Source of the DNA: Octopus bimaculoides
Lineage: Eukaryota
Reading direction: 5' to 3'
Length of the DNA stretch: 64,000 nucleotides
NCBI RefSeq assembly: GCF_001194135.2
Contig: NC_068982.1
Location: 50,804,459-50,868,458, forward strand
This document shows positions 1 to 13,175 of the stretch, piece by piece. The notes under the pieces are model-generated. The model saw only the letters and a list, made by a program, of their open reading frames with translations, did not search any database and was not told where the DNA came from. The position numbers and the translations under genes were made by a program. The first letter of the stretch is position 1; each line of letters starts with the position of its first letter.

Positions 1-692
1 GAAAGTATTAGAAAAGTGCGCTCTTGCACTCTAAAAATCAGAAATATATTTGCTATCTTATTCAGAAATGAAAAATCAGATGAATTTTAATAGAATATTG
101 ACAGAAACATGAAAAATTACTGTAATGAGTTACAAATACACAAGATTTTATATGCATTTTCTATATATTTATTTTGTTTCCCTACTTGAATTTCTATTTC
201 TCTATTTTCCCACTTCTTCCTTTCAAATTTCTTCCTAACGGTACATAATTTCATAAACTAGCATTATATGTAGAGAAAACTACAAAGAGACAGTTTCGTC
301 TCAAGATTACTTTTCACATTAAATTTCGTAAACGTAGAGACTCGTGTAAAAGAACTAATACATGGTTTATTTTAGTATTTCATCTGAAAGCTACCTCCTA
401 TTTAATATTCTTACATTCATAGGTAATGTTAGTCTCGTTTGCATTGTGAACTTAAAGAGAAGTCCATCAATGAAATCAATAGCTCTCTGCCCTTGTTCGA
501 GCAAATTCAACAAATGAAAGAGAGAGTGGATTTCTACTACATAGACTACAGCGTCTGCAAAATAATGAGTACATTGTACTCGCCTGACTCATTCTCACTG
601 AAATCTTTTTATCAATCCCAAATTACAATTCTGCTCTTTGTGGAAGTATCTAATAAATAAAATAAACTTCAAAGCGACAGATACAGCTACTG

Positions 693-907
693 TTTATCTT
701 TTATCTTTCATCACTTGTTTCAGTCATTGGACTGCGGCCACAGGGGGCACTGTCTTCAAGGGATTAGTCGAACAAATCGACTGCAGTACTTATTTTTGAA
801 GTCGGGTACTTATTCTATCGTTCTCTTTTGCCGAAGCGCTAAGCTACGGTAACATAAACAAATACCGGTTGTCCAGGCCTGGGGGCATAAATAGGGACAA
901 ATACACA

Positions 908-910
<3 letters not shown>
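693..910 (-). mobile_element. SINE family B, 3' half
   Basis: Reverse complement matches the 3' module of the full copies at 20843 and 49722 (cttgacaaccggt...gatagaataagta...gtcgatttgttcgact...atgactgaaacaag-(taaaaga) tail). Confidence 0.85.
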
Positions 911-975
<65 letters not shown>

Positions 976-1006
976 TGTATGTATGTGTGTTTGTGTGTGT
1001 GCATGT

Positions 1007-1132
1007 ATCGACTCCGAAAGGATGAAAGGTAAAGTTGGCCTCGTTGGAATTTGAACTCAGAACACAAAGACTGACGAAATGCCGCAAAGCATTTTGCTCG
1101 GCGTACTAATGAGTCAGCCAGCTCGCTGCCTT
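1007..1132 (-). mobile_element. SINE family A, 5' half (tRNA-derived head)
   Basis: Reverse complement aaggcagcgagctggc...gttctgagttcaaattcc...ctttcatcctttcggagtcgat matches the copies at 4841, 29571 and 45080; B-box-like GTTCAAATTCC. Confidence 0.85.
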
Positions 1133-1744
1133 ACAAAAAAACTTGTAGTATTAAAAAGAATTTTTGGTTTAGCTTGAACAACATTCCTGGCAATAACGTC
1201 TATTCTCACACCTCCTTTTTAGTTGCAATGAGCTTTCTAGAATAAAACCGAGTACTTATGTATACCGAAATATAACATACTTGAAAGTAATAGATGTCAA
1301 CCGTGTCACCCTAACATGGTCAGAGACTAAAGTACTATTTAAGTACACTAGTATAAGTGAAAAAGTTCTTTATTGTTATAACATTATTACTTTTACACAA
1401 TTCTAATATGCGGCTGTCATGTTTAATCTCAAATTTTGGACGGCTCTCATCTTTTCTGCTTCACCTTATCTTGCCTATATTTTCTACACCAACCCCTATG
1501 TAATCCCAACAGACACTTAAAATGATATTCCGGTCTCTTTTATGACTGGCAAATTCAGCAAAAGATGTGTTGCCGTTGTTTCCTTCCTTATCAAATTTTG
1601 TGCTTTCATTTATTTATTTTTTTTCCCATTTTTATCATTTCTGTTTGTCAAAGTGTAAATGTCTGTTTACAACTGTGTCTACCTGTTTAATTTGAAATAT
1701 GACCATTTTTTCCTCTTTATTTTTTTTTATATCTGCTATTCTGG

Positions 1745-2046
1745 GTTGGAGTATCATTGCATGACTGATAGTCTTCGTAAACCAGATATCTTTCTTCGTG
1801 TCTTCAGAACCCATGATGGTACATTCTTTGTTATTTCGGTTTTGTTTACTTTTTGAATATCATTCATGTACTGGTTTACAGTAGTAGCCAGTGCATATAG
1901 ACAGGCGTTAATCTGCCAGTGCGTGAGTTCATCACACTATTGTAAATATTCATCACCAATTTCGTTAACAGCTTTTAATACCGTATCTGGTGGGTTTTTA
2001 CTTACTTTGGTAGAGAATACTCTCTCTTCGCGAGAGTCCTTCAAAG
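1745..2046 (-). mobile_element. Decayed non-LTR ORF fragment, possibly the pre-RT region of an R4/Dong-like element
   Basis: My translation of the minus strand: ERVFSTKVSKNPPDTVLKAVNEIGDEYLQ*CDELTHWQINACLYALATTV...KNVPSWVLKTRRKISGLRR. The N.LY..A / P.W...KI..LR pattern resembles R4-clade ORFs (recalled similarity, not searched). Confidence 0.45.
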
Positions 2047-3044
2047 TCAAAGTTATTTTTTCTCGGAAAATTTCTGTATATATGCATATATGTATGTATG
2101 TATATACTTCTTTTTATTAAAGCTGCAAAAACATTACAAAAAGATTGTTACTGAGTTTCACCTTCCCCTTCACCGGACAGTTGTGATCAAGACTGGAATA
2201 AATATATATATATATATAAGTTCAATATTTTATAATTTTCAGAAGAAAAACACACGTTTCCTTATATCGGACTTGTTTGAAAAGCAAACTTTTCGTCGTT
2301 GAACATACAGAATACAGCAATGGACAAATTAGTCGATTATAAATGGATAGCAGAAACGAGTAGATGAGATTCAATCCAATATTCCAAATGCCTTGTTCTG
2401 ACTCTTAATGACTTGCACCTTTTAATCCCTTTTACATCCTTCTCCCTTATCGCTCACCTTCTTTCCTCTCCCTCATCCTCGAGGATAATAATGCTTTCTA
2501 CAAATGGAACAGATCCCATGCATCCCTATGATTCTTATTACAAAACCTATTATAAACTTGGAATTTAGTAGAGCTGTCCTCATTTGATATGACTTGTACT
2601 TGCGACTCTCATGTACAATCCTATCTATAAAATATGAGTTGAAATGTAAATATCTTCGCAATATCTCTTATGGATATTCATCGATGTATAACCAAGGAAT
2701 TTCTGCGTATCAATTGGTTTTTGTATCGTCACCATACGTATAAGGAGAAATGAAAAAAAAAAAACTTTATTTTCTTCTCTGTTATTTTTGTGGCTTATTC
2801 AGATGGAAACTTTATACTAATTCATTGCAACCTTGAACTCGGCTATCCCCGCACAGCACAATCCCTCTTTTGGAGACGCTTCATTTAACACATTTTCAGA
2901 ATATTAAAGCCGATTCTCTTGTTCTTTTTGCGAACGGGAAGATATGTAATTTTCTTTCTCAATTTGTCTTTTTCATTTCCTAAAATTTTTCGCTATCTGC
3001 AAAAGGGATTTTTTCTTTCATATTAAATGAAGGATTTGTTCTTT

Positions 3045-3079
<35 letters not shown>

Positions 3080-3449
3080 CGTTCAATTTGGATTGGGGTG
3101 GGACTGCTTTTTGGTGTTGTGATTTCTGCTAGAGTATGCACAAGGAAAGATATCTTTATTTCAAAAGAGTGCCGTTCATTTGCTTTGCATGCATGTATTT
3201 TTTCACAGTAGCTAGAATTGCTATCGTTGAAAACGCTGCCATGGACTAACAAAGTTATCAATTTTTTTCCTGTTTCCGCGCATTTCTCTTTAATTTCCGC
3301 TTTTACTGTGAAAATGATGGAACTGCAACTATTATGTTTTGGAGAGCTATCTCTTTTCCGCTTTCTTTAACAGTTTAACATAACCCTCACATCTCGAAAT
3401 AAACATCACAGGTTGACAAAACACAATAATATCATTTTTGTGCATTTAT

Positions 3450-3513
3450 ATAACAACAATAATAATAATAATAATTATAATAATAATAAATAATAATAAT
3501 AATAATAATAATA

Positions 3514-3558
<45 letters not shown>

Positions 3559-3560
3559 TA
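3450..3560. repeat. (AAT)n directly followed by (ATT)n microsatellite
   Basis: Visible trinucleotide tracts in opposite orientation. Confidence 0.95.
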
Positions 3561-3566
3561 AATAAT

Positions 3567-3668
3567 GTTTTCAAATTTTGGCACAAGGCCAACAAGTTCG
3601 GGGTAGGAGTTAAGTCGATTACATCGACCCCAGACCCAACTGGTATTTATTTTATCGACCGAGAAAAC
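3567..3668 (-). mobile_element. SINE family A, 3' part
   Basis: ttttggcacaaggcc...gtcgattacatcgaccccag...tattttatcgacc is the reverse complement of the family A 3' module. Confidence 0.8.
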
Positions 3669-3739
3669 AAGTCAGAGAACAGGCGAACTGGTGCGGCACA
3701 CATGTCCATTGGTTGTTACAGCAATACATGAAGAGACGA

Positions 3740-4500
3740 ACACAAGTGTTGTGGCTTGAATCGTTGGTACGAAATTTTACCTTTGTCTAATCGTCACCTT
3801 TTGCGGTACAGAACGGGCAGGTGGTGGGTTTGAGTGGGGGTGAACAGCAATATGTGGTAGAATGAGGTCTGCGCGTACAGACAAATCCGGATGACTACAA
3901 AAGTCTTCAAGACTATCCCGCAATTGTACTCCCATTGTGAGAGTAATGGGGAAGGCCAGAACAGAAATCCCTGCTAGAATCACTTGGAAGTTTTGTTTCC
4001 TGAAAAAAGAAGGGTAAAGCGGAGGAAGAGGAGGGAAAAAGAGCTGCCACAAACAACAGAGATAGCAACTACAACACTCCTCGGCTATTCCAGTTGACAA
4101 ACTGATAGAAGTCCCGAGTATAGCCAGAGTCGCCTCAATGACCGATGAAGAAGCTGGTTATCAAGAAAATGAAAGGTGACCTCCTCCAAAAGCAAAGCTG
4201 AGAAGACTACAGGACAAGAAATGCCATTCTATTGTCTTGTGACAATGAGGAAAAAAATGTAGAATGCAGAGAAGTGGATAACAACCGGACCGATAAGCAA
4301 GCAAGATACATAAAAGGAGACCCCCACCGGGGACAACAGCGTCAAATACACATATACCCGAATCTCAAACGAAGATCTGACGGAGCCATAATAATACGAG
4401 ATTGTAGATGAAAAGAAACTGTTTATGGAGGAAGAGACGGTGTTTGAATGTAAAGAACGCTTGAAATACGGATTGTTGATGTTTTAAAATCCCTAATGTT
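3740..4500 (+). mobile_element. Possible highly decayed Tx1/L1-type ORF1 remnant
   Basis: Purine-rich, moderately GC-rich block with weak echoes of the 53174 ORF1 (VTFCGT.. versus VPTYLGR; ..GRP..). No intact motif. Confidence 0.25.
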
Positions 4501-4840
4501 CCATGCACACCTATAACTAAGAGAACATAAGATGCTTACATTATACAAAGCCTACATGGTTACTACTCGGAGTTTCTTCTTTCTGATCCCCAGCTGCTTG
4601 GTACTTCAGCCTCATATTCCAGAAAGTATCTGAAAGTAAGGATGTATCTGGATTATGATTTAAATATATGAAGAAGCGACAAAAGAAGGCGCATATAAAG
4701 CAATATCTGGCTTCATTAACTAAACATGTCCAAGATTCTTGTCAAGGATTTGGATGTGCAGACACCAAAATTCCTAAGCGAAGGTTGGTCACGCTCAACG
4801 CCGGATTCGATACACAGCCATAAACAATATCTATCTATTT

Positions 4841-5048
4841 AAGGCGGCGAGCTGACAGAAACGTTATCACGCCGGGCGAAATGCTTTTCGTCTGTCTTCA
4901 CGTTCCGAATTCAAATGCTGCCGGGTTCGACTTTGCCTTTCATCCTTTCAGGATCGATAAAATAAGTCCCAGCTGAACACTGGGATTGATGTAATCAACT
5001 TTTCCCCTCCCTCAAAACTGCTGGCCTTGTGCTAAAATCTGAAAGCAA
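4841..5048 (+). mobile_element. SINE family A, near full length
   Basis: aaggcggcgagctgacagaaacgtta...ttcaaatgctgccgggttcgactttgcctttcatcctttc...ggccttgtgctaaaatctgaaa; about 12 related copies in the window. Confidence 0.9.
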
Positions 5049-5175
5049 AATTCATCTATTTATCTGTTTGTACGTACACATACACACACATTGCTGTCGT
5101 TGCTGTGGCTTCCTCGACCGCCGCCACCGCAGTTGTTGCCGCGGGTGCACTTCTATCTATCTCTCTCTCTCTCTC

Positions 5176-5211
<36 letters not shown>

Positions 5212-6190
5212 NNNNNNNNNNNNNNNNNNNNNNNNNNNNNNNNNNNNNNNNNNNNNNNNNNNNNNNNNNNNNNNNNNNNNNNNNNNNNNNNNNNNNNNNN
5301 NNNNNNNNNNNNNNNNNNNNNNNNNNNNNNNNNNNNNNNNNNNNNNNNNNNNNNNNNNNNNNNNNNNNNNNNNNNNNNNNNNNNNNNNNNNNNNNNNNNN
5401 NNNNNNNNNNNNNNNNNNNNNNNNNNNNNNNNNNNNNNNNNNNNNNNNNNNNNNNNNNNNNNNNNNNNNNNNNNNNNNNNNNNNNNNNNNNNNNNNNNNN
5501 NNNNNNNNNNNNNNNNNNNNNNNNNNNNNNNNNNNNNNNNNNNNNNNNNNNNNNNNNNNNNNNNNNNNNNNNNNNNNNNNNNNNNNNNNNNNNNNNNNNN
5601 NNNNNNNNNNNNNNNNNNNNNNNNNNNNNNNNNNNNNNNNNNNNNNNNNNNNNNNNNNNNNNNNNNNNNNNNNNNNNNNNNNNNNNNNNNNNNNNNNNNN
5701 NNNNNNNNNNNNNNNNNNNNNNNNNNNNNNNNNNNNNNNNNNNNNNNNNNNNNNNNNNNNNNNNNNNNNNNNNNNNNNNNNNNNNNNNNNNNNNNNNNNN
5801 NNNNNNNNNNNNNNNNNNNNNNNNNNNNNNNNNNNNNNNNNNNNNNNNNNNNNNNNNNNNNNNNNNNNNNNNNNNNNNNNNNNNNNNNNNNNNNNNNNNN
5901 NNNNNNNNTTTTTTATGTTTGAACGGGGAAATATTTGTGTTTCAGCTAAAATAAAACAGATACCACCACCATCCCTACCGACACCAACTCCATGTCACGC
6001 GGATGTTTAAATCAAACTGTTAACTTACCGCTCCATAATATGATTGCTTTCCAAGATGTTGAATATCTGTAGTAAAGTTTCCGCCAATCCACCTTCTTTC
6101 TTATATGTATCTGTTTTGTCATTCATTGATTTGATTTTTACTGGGATGTCAGATCAAATATATCGCATTTTTTTTTAAAAACACACACAT

Positions 6191-6275
6191 ACACACACAC
6201 ATATATTCACGCACACACACATATATTCACGCACACACACATATATTCACGCACACACACATATATTCACGCACG
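6191..6275. repeat. 20-bp minisatellite (acacacacatatattcacgc) x4
   Basis: Four exact tandem units. Confidence 0.9.
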
Positions 6276-6488
6276 CACATACTCACACATAACACAACAC
6301 ACGCACACACACATACACACATACTCGTACGCACATGCAGCGTGTATATGTAGGTATGTGTATGTATGTATGTATATTGTATGTATGCATAAATATATAT
6401 ATATACTTTTATATGCATATGCATTAGTGTGTATGCATTATATTTATGCATTATGTTTATGCATTATATTTATGCATATATATATCGC

Positions 6489-6577
<89 letters not shown>

Positions 6578-7199
6578 TTATGTACATGCTGATATATAAT
6601 TATGCCTTGAAAAATGTGAAGAGCACTCAATACATAATGTAGTGCTCAAGAATATTGCGAAATAGTTGATTTATTCTATTCTTTCTCGAAGTTTCTTGCA
6701 GTAACAATAGACAAAACAACTGTTTCTCGATACATATTTATACGTATACAATGTATTTGCACTTACACACACATTTTATTATTTTTATAATGTATGTGTG
6801 TGTGTATGTATGCATTTGTGTTTATTTGTAAAATTATATAATTGTATTTCTTTTTGTACTTAAACTTCTGCTATGTATGTTTCATAATTTGTTAAGCGTA
6901 TGTTTAAACGAAGATTCTCATGTTCAAATTGTCTTTGCATATGATTCATTAACGAAAATTTATTTTATATCTTGATGTAAACAGAACGATTTATTATCAA
7001 TAATTTACTTTTAGCTTGTTCGCAATAAAGAAGTACCTACATTTCAAGGTATTTTAAAATAATTTCATCGCTACATTTCGTTGATAATATGCACGTACAA
7101 TACCAGCTTCCGTATATTGTTAATCCCGTATCTCTCATAACACGCACTAATTTACCTGCGGAAGCCTCTTAATTACCAAGGTCGCCAGACAAATACGCA

Positions 7200-7548
7200 G
7201 GAAGGTAAAGGTAAAGACCCCCTTCGGACATGAATAACCATGGGATTGCACCTAGAAAGTTACCTTCCGAGGCACAAGTCCGGGCAATGTTGTTTCATGG
7301 AAGGCCAACAGTCACCCATGCATACCAGCCTCCCCTTTCTATGCCACCGATGTTATCCAAGGGAAAAGCAAAGGTCAATACAACTTGACACAAGTGACGA
7401 CGTAACTCATTTCTACAGCTCAATGAACTGGAGCAACGTGAAATAAAATGTCTTGCTCAAGAACACAACACACAGGCTGATCCGGGAATCGAACTCGTTA
7501 CCTCATGATTGTGAGCCCGACTTTCTAGCCACTGAGTCATCCCCCTTC
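7200..7548 (-). mobile_element. SINE family C (tRNA head, CORE/Meta-like middle, distinct tail ending ggggtctttacctttacc)
   Basis: Reverse complement aligns along its length with 25262-25575; B box GTTCGATTCCC; tgtgttcttgagcaagaca module. Confidence 0.9.
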
Positions 7549-7774
7549 ACAAACACTCACACGCACTCACACACACATATATAAACAGCAGTTTGCAATA
7601 TTTCACCAAGGAGGAGAATTATGATTGTCGGTAAATGTAACTAGGGTGTTAGGAAACACCTACATTGCTAGAAATAAGAGCTAAACCGCTATAATGCTGC
7701 AGTTAACGCACATGAATGAAAACATACACACTAACAAGGACCATAATCGTCTGAAAAGTGCCTTATACCCAAGT

Positions 7775-8560
7775 CACATTTAGTGACAATTATAATTCTC
7801 TTGTTCTTCAGGGCATGGAGGTTGTGTGCATGATACACCAGCAATGGCTTTAACTTAAAACCTCCTGCACAATTACTTCCCAACATAATGGCCACATGTT
7901 CTTTTCAGATCTTATAGCCTGGAATAGTTTTCTCCTCCTTGGAAATGAATGAACAGTCTGACAATTTTTTCCATTACAATCCAGTTTCGTCGACGTTAAA
8001 AATCTGTTCGGGAAGAAACCCATTTTCTTCGATGGTTTTCTTTAATGCATTACGAAATTCCGCTACTGCTCGTTCGTCAGCTGAAGCACGTTCACCTTGC
8101 TTCTTAATGGACTGATAACTTCTTCACTCCTTAAATCTCATGAACCATCCTTGACTTGCCGTGAACTCTACATCTTTCTCATCTGGATATTTTTTTCTTC
8201 AGGTCCTCAAACAAAGACAATGCGTTCTCTTGAAAAATTTCTTGACTAATAGTAGCGCGCTGACGATTCACCCTAACAATCCAAAGACAAAGAAGACTTT
8301 CCATTTCTTCAAAAAGTTTGTCTCTTTTCTTATTCATGACAGTGTACATCCCTGGGTCTTCAGATTTGATATGTGCTAAAATCTTATCCTTATGTACAAT
8401 TGTCGATACAGTTGTCCATCTCATCCCAAAAAGATCGTGCAATTGCGACCACTTTTTCATCTTTTTCATGGCGTTTTATCATAGCCAGTTTATCTTCCAG
8501 TGTTATAGCCTGACGCTTAGCACTTTCACTATGAATTTTCTTAGGAGTTATGGGGGAAAA
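7775..8560 (-). mobile_element. Tigger/pogo-family transposase remnant (CENP-B HTH plus start of DDE domain), disrupted
   Basis: KRQAITLEDKLAMIKRHEKDEKVVAIARS..., EEMESLLCLWI, then QIFNVDETGL*WKKL..FISKEEKTIPGYK..KEHVAIMLGSNCAGGFKLKPLLVYHAHN; frameshifts and stops. Confidence 0.92.
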
Positions 8561-9011
8561 AATAAAGTCACAAATCAATGAGAATGAGAAAGTAGATGAT
8601 AAACAGACGTAAACAAATCTGAATTCAAAACAATTGCAGGAACCACTAGTGACAACGACGCCTAACGGTAGATATTGGAACTACAGTGCAATATGAGCTC
8701 CGAAAGACCGATAAATAAGACAACACAGCTGATGTCATGATTTCGTTCACTAAGCTACACTACTTTATGGTGTGTATCTTAACATTTACTGTACGTATTT
8801 TAATATAATTTTATATGCTTTTATTCTTATTTATTGTAGAGTAACATGGTTTTATGTGCTTTTAACGGTTTTGTAGTGATTTTACGATTCTAATATTTGT
8901 GGCGGACAGACGCAAAGTCGAGTAAAGTGACTTAACTTTATTATTTTTCCATATATCATTTTGAAAACCGACGTATAATCGAGAACGACTTAAGCTGAGG
9001 TATGCCTGTAT

Positions 9012-9032
9012 ATATATACATGTGTGTGTGTG

Positions 9033-9069
<37 letters not shown>

Positions 9070-9268
9070 TGTTTGTCGCCCCACCACCGCTTGACAACCG
9101 GTGCTGGTGTGTTTACGTTCCCATAACTTTGCAGTTCGGCAAGAGAGACCAATAGAATAAGTACCAGGCTTAACAAAAATTAAATACTGGAGCCGATTAA
9201 TTCACCTGAAAATTCTTCAAGGCAGTACCCCAGTATGACAATGACTGAAGCAATTAAAAGATAAAAGT
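9012..9268 (+). mobile_element. SINE family B, 3' half with (TG)n
   Basis: (tg)n-tttgtcgccccaccaccgcttgacaaccggtgctggtgtgtttacg...aatgactgaagcaattaaaagataaaag. Confidence 0.88.
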
Positions 9269-9272
9269 ATCA

Positions 9273-9313
<41 letters not shown>

Positions 9314-11243
9314 TTAAGAAAACAGGCAGTATGGTTAAAGATAGAACAGTTTTAATCACAAAAGCTCTGTTCGATCAGAATTGAACTGGAATTATAACAA
9401 AATAAAAACGACTTTGCTTCATATAAATAAGAGAAAATTTTCGTAAGAATCGCAAGCACGTGAACGCAGCCTATTTTCAAATTAACTTATTTTGTGAATT
9501 CTTGAGCGTTGTCACGAGAAATTATTTTAATGGTCCTTCTAAGAAACAACGTCAATTATCAACTGGTTCTTTGAGTATGCTACATGCTGACGATCCGTAA
9601 AGCTTGACATACTCTACTAAGCACCGATTACCCCAGTAGGTATCTAGAGAATCTTATAGCAAACATCTGTTAAATATAAAAACACAGACAAGTTCCCAAC
9701 GTTTAAGGTTTTCTACACGAACTACAAACGCAAAATACACACACACGCACACATACAAACACACAAATACAAACATATGTGCATAAGTATCGATATGTAT
9801 GTTTGCATATATGAACGCATGAATGTTTTCATGTCGGTGAATGCATGAATGTATTTTGCGTACGTAGATTCAATGGCCGAAACGCTGATTTCCAAGTTAT
9901 AAATACATGCATACAATCGACTACACAATCTAAGCTAAGCTGTTAATGTTCAGAGTTATTATAACATCAGAGTCGGTTACGTAATATATATGTATGTGTG
10001 TGTGTGCTGTGTTTATGGGCACGTTTGTATCCACACGAAAGAAAAAAAACATAGATTAGAGTTTAGATTGTTTTCCAATAAATATAAACCCTATTCCATG
10101 CATTGTTGAAAGGTACAATGCCAAGCATATTTAAAAAAAAAAAAAAGAAAAATAAGACATCACTCTATCAAGGCAATGCATCAAGTTACGTAGTGAACTC
10201 AAAGCATCTTTCTCGTTATGTGAAAGTGAAAATTTATCACCAAGAACACAGCTGCTTTGCTCCCAGCTAATGGATGGAGGTGTGATAGCAAACATCAACA
10301 TATAATACCGACAAAATTTCAAGCACTTCATAAAAATTAAGATAACCCAACAGTTCGAGACTTCTGGACGAAACTCAACAGTATGGACGCTGTGAATAAT
10401 ACATACATACATATATATATACACACAGAAACACACACATTCACGTATGATTTAAAGGCTTGTTTATTAAGCGATGCTGTTTCGCGTTCCTCCTACATAA
10501 TTTGTTCGAGCTTGCCGGCCGTCGCATCCAGTCCCTGGGTATTTTCTACTGACTTTCTATTAGGAAGCTATAGCTTTCAATGTCATTTCAAGATTGTTCT
10601 GTTTGGTATGTGGTGCAGACTATAGCAAAGGAGCTTGAAATGCATTCATCAGTCCACAGTTGGCGCTCTGAAATTACTGTTCGTGTTTTAACGCCTCTTG
10701 CCTAAAGCGAGAATTTTCTTCACGGTAAACTGCAATGAAAATGAATATTTTACAGATCAAATATGTCCCAAATATATTTGAACTGATCTAAAAGTTTGGT
10801 TTATGTATGTGTGTGCGTGCGTGCATGTGTGTGTGTGTGTACGTATCTCGCTTTCTCTCTCTTTCTCTCTCCGTAATATATTTAATAAATAATTTTACAG
10901 ATTAACTCATGAGGTAGATTCCTAAAAGGGATGAAATAGTACTATACATAATTACCACTTACTAGAAGTTGGAAGAACTTTACCCTAGATAAAAAAGGTT
11001 ATATATTTGAACTTTTTACTTCATCTCCGTCACATTTTTTAACGCTGCCTCATATTTTTAGTTCTGTCTCATACTGGGCGGGGATAGTTACTTGCTTTTG
11101 TATTAACGGCCATCCAACCGAGACCATACGTATTTGAATATCTCTGGTTATTACTTCCTGAAAATCCATTTTTAACGTCCAGCTTAAGTCGGGATGCATG
11201 TTATGAAGGGAAGCCCATTCGACTACGCAAAGGGTTGCATGTA

Positions 11244-11461
11244 CAAGAGGGTGCTGAAAAGTTCCTGGTTTTGGGTAAAGGAAAATGCAGGACGATCGAC
11301 TAATTATGATTTTATTCAACATATTCCCCTCTCAGATTCACACACTTATTGCAGCTGTCCTTCAGCTCTTCTAGGCCCTGTAAAAGAACTAGGAAGCTTG
11401 GGCCTCCAGCTAGGCTTTTCGCGACACCCTAAAAGTCAGGTACTTTTCAGTACCCCCCTCG
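11244..11461. mobile_element. Mariner-type MITE, 218 bp, ~30-bp TIRs, TA target duplication
   Basis: Left TA|caagagggtgctgaaaagttcctggtttt; right end reverse complement TA|cgaggggggtactgaaaagtacctgactttt; TA at 11242-43 and 11462-63; no ORF. Confidence 0.88.
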
Positions 11462-11961
11462 TAGAATATAACTGCCAGAGAAGATATCTACACAAATAAT
11501 CAATATTGATGAAGGCTTGTGAAATCGTTCGTAGTTAATGATGTAAATATTGACTACTGTAAGACATTTACACAAGGTAGAAGATCCCTGGACGTAAACA
11601 TTATAAACGTTCTCCTTTTCTCTCAAATCCTAAACTTAGAAGGTCTTATAAAGAAAAAAAAAAGATATTTCATAAATTTCCTCCGAATTATAACTAACTT
11701 TATCATTAATTTTAATCGAATTTCCCTCTTTGTAATATATTCAACAAACTTACAGGTTAAGTCAAGGTAAAGATTTCTAAACAAAATAGTTAAATAATAC
11801 TAAGTAGTTTGTCAAATTATACATGCAAACTTTGGTCTTCTTCGTATTCCTTGATTTCAAATGCACATTTCATATCCCGCCACACGCTGAGAGGAGATAG
11901 CCACCTTCCTTTGTATTAGAGGTCATCTAGAGGACATCACGCACACACGCACACACACACG

Positions 11962-11997
<36 letters not shown>

Positions 11998-12371
11998 TAT
12001 AGACACACACATATATATACACACACACATATATACACACATACACACACACATAGTCACACAAACATATATAATCATTTACAGTATGTTTTTGCTGACG
12101 TTCACACAGGTAGATGGAGACTAAAACGATAAATGGTAAACGGGTGATTGTCAGTAGGCGGCATTAAATATTCTCAAACATATGGGCTGTGAAACGCACC
12201 CATCTTTCCTTTCCACACCGCTTATCATCTTAATTCAGAAGGTCTCTGTCCTAAACATTGATTTCTCCACTCTCCATGCAGAGTTAACGTAATAGTTGTC
12301 ATTGGGAAAGAGAATATTAAATTTGAACAGAAAATCTCGTTATTTTTACACCTTAGTTAAATATTTAGTGA

Positions 12372-12688
12372 AAGCGCATGGCTTATTGTTTAGGATATTC
12401 GGCTCACGACTGTAAGGTCGTGAGTTCAATTTCCGGCGGCACGTTGTGTCCTTGAACGAGACATTATTTCACGTTGCTCCAGTCCACTCAGCTGTCAAAA
12501 ATGAATAGTAACTGTTTTTCAAAGGGCCAGTCTTGTCACATTCAGTGTTACGTTGAATCTCCATGAGAGCTACGTTAAGTTTCGAGTGTCTATGGAGTGC
12601 TCAGCCACTTACGTGTTAATTTTATGAGCATGCTGCTACGTCGTTCGGATCAACTGGAACCCTCGTCGTCGTAATCAACGGAGTACCA
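12372..12688 (+). mobile_element. SINE family D (tRNA head, CORE/Meta-like module, tail ggatcaactggaaccctcgtcgtcgta)
   Basis: Matches the 22085 copy in reverse and the 3' half of the 41383 copy. Confidence 0.88.
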
Positions 12689-12934
12689 GTATAAACTGAC
12701 CATTTAACTGAATTAAATCGCATGAACAGTATACACTCAGCAGTATATGTCTAAGTATACAGTCAGCAGTATATGTTTAAGGTGATCAGTATATTTCTTT
12801 CCTATTATCGCTACGTTTAAAAATCAATATAGAGAAATTTTGTGTGCATTTTTTTGTATACCAAATTTTTTTCCATATACAAAGACCCATTTCTGTTTTG
12901 CTTTTGTCATTATGCTACAACCACTTAAATGTTC

Positions 12935-13175
12935 TACTATTGAGAAGCCTACAGGAGAAAAAGCATTCATTTTTCTTTAGGTAGATGTCAACATTCCGAA
13001 GACTTTGGCCTTGAGCTTCTTTGATATGGATTTCGAAGGGATAGTTTGACAGGAAATTGAAATCTTCGCTTTTAGAATGACAGTGCATGATCACCTGATG
13101 GCGTATGCATTCTTGAGATAAATAATTCTTTCTGTTCATGAGCACCAGAAGCAATAACAACATAAATAACTTCAC
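12935..13175 (-). mobile_element. Helitron/Pif1-type helicase C-terminal fragment, frameshifted
   Basis: EVIYVVIASGAHEQKELFISRMHTPSG.., KRRFQFPVKLS.., IKEAQGQSLRNVDIYLKK..CF resemble the Helitron motifs FIPRI...FKR.QFPV.L.FA.TINK.QGQSL..VG.YL. Confidence 0.7.

Noticed and set aside
9575-9600. LHADD as an RT YADD motif
   Set aside because: No flanking RT motifs in frame
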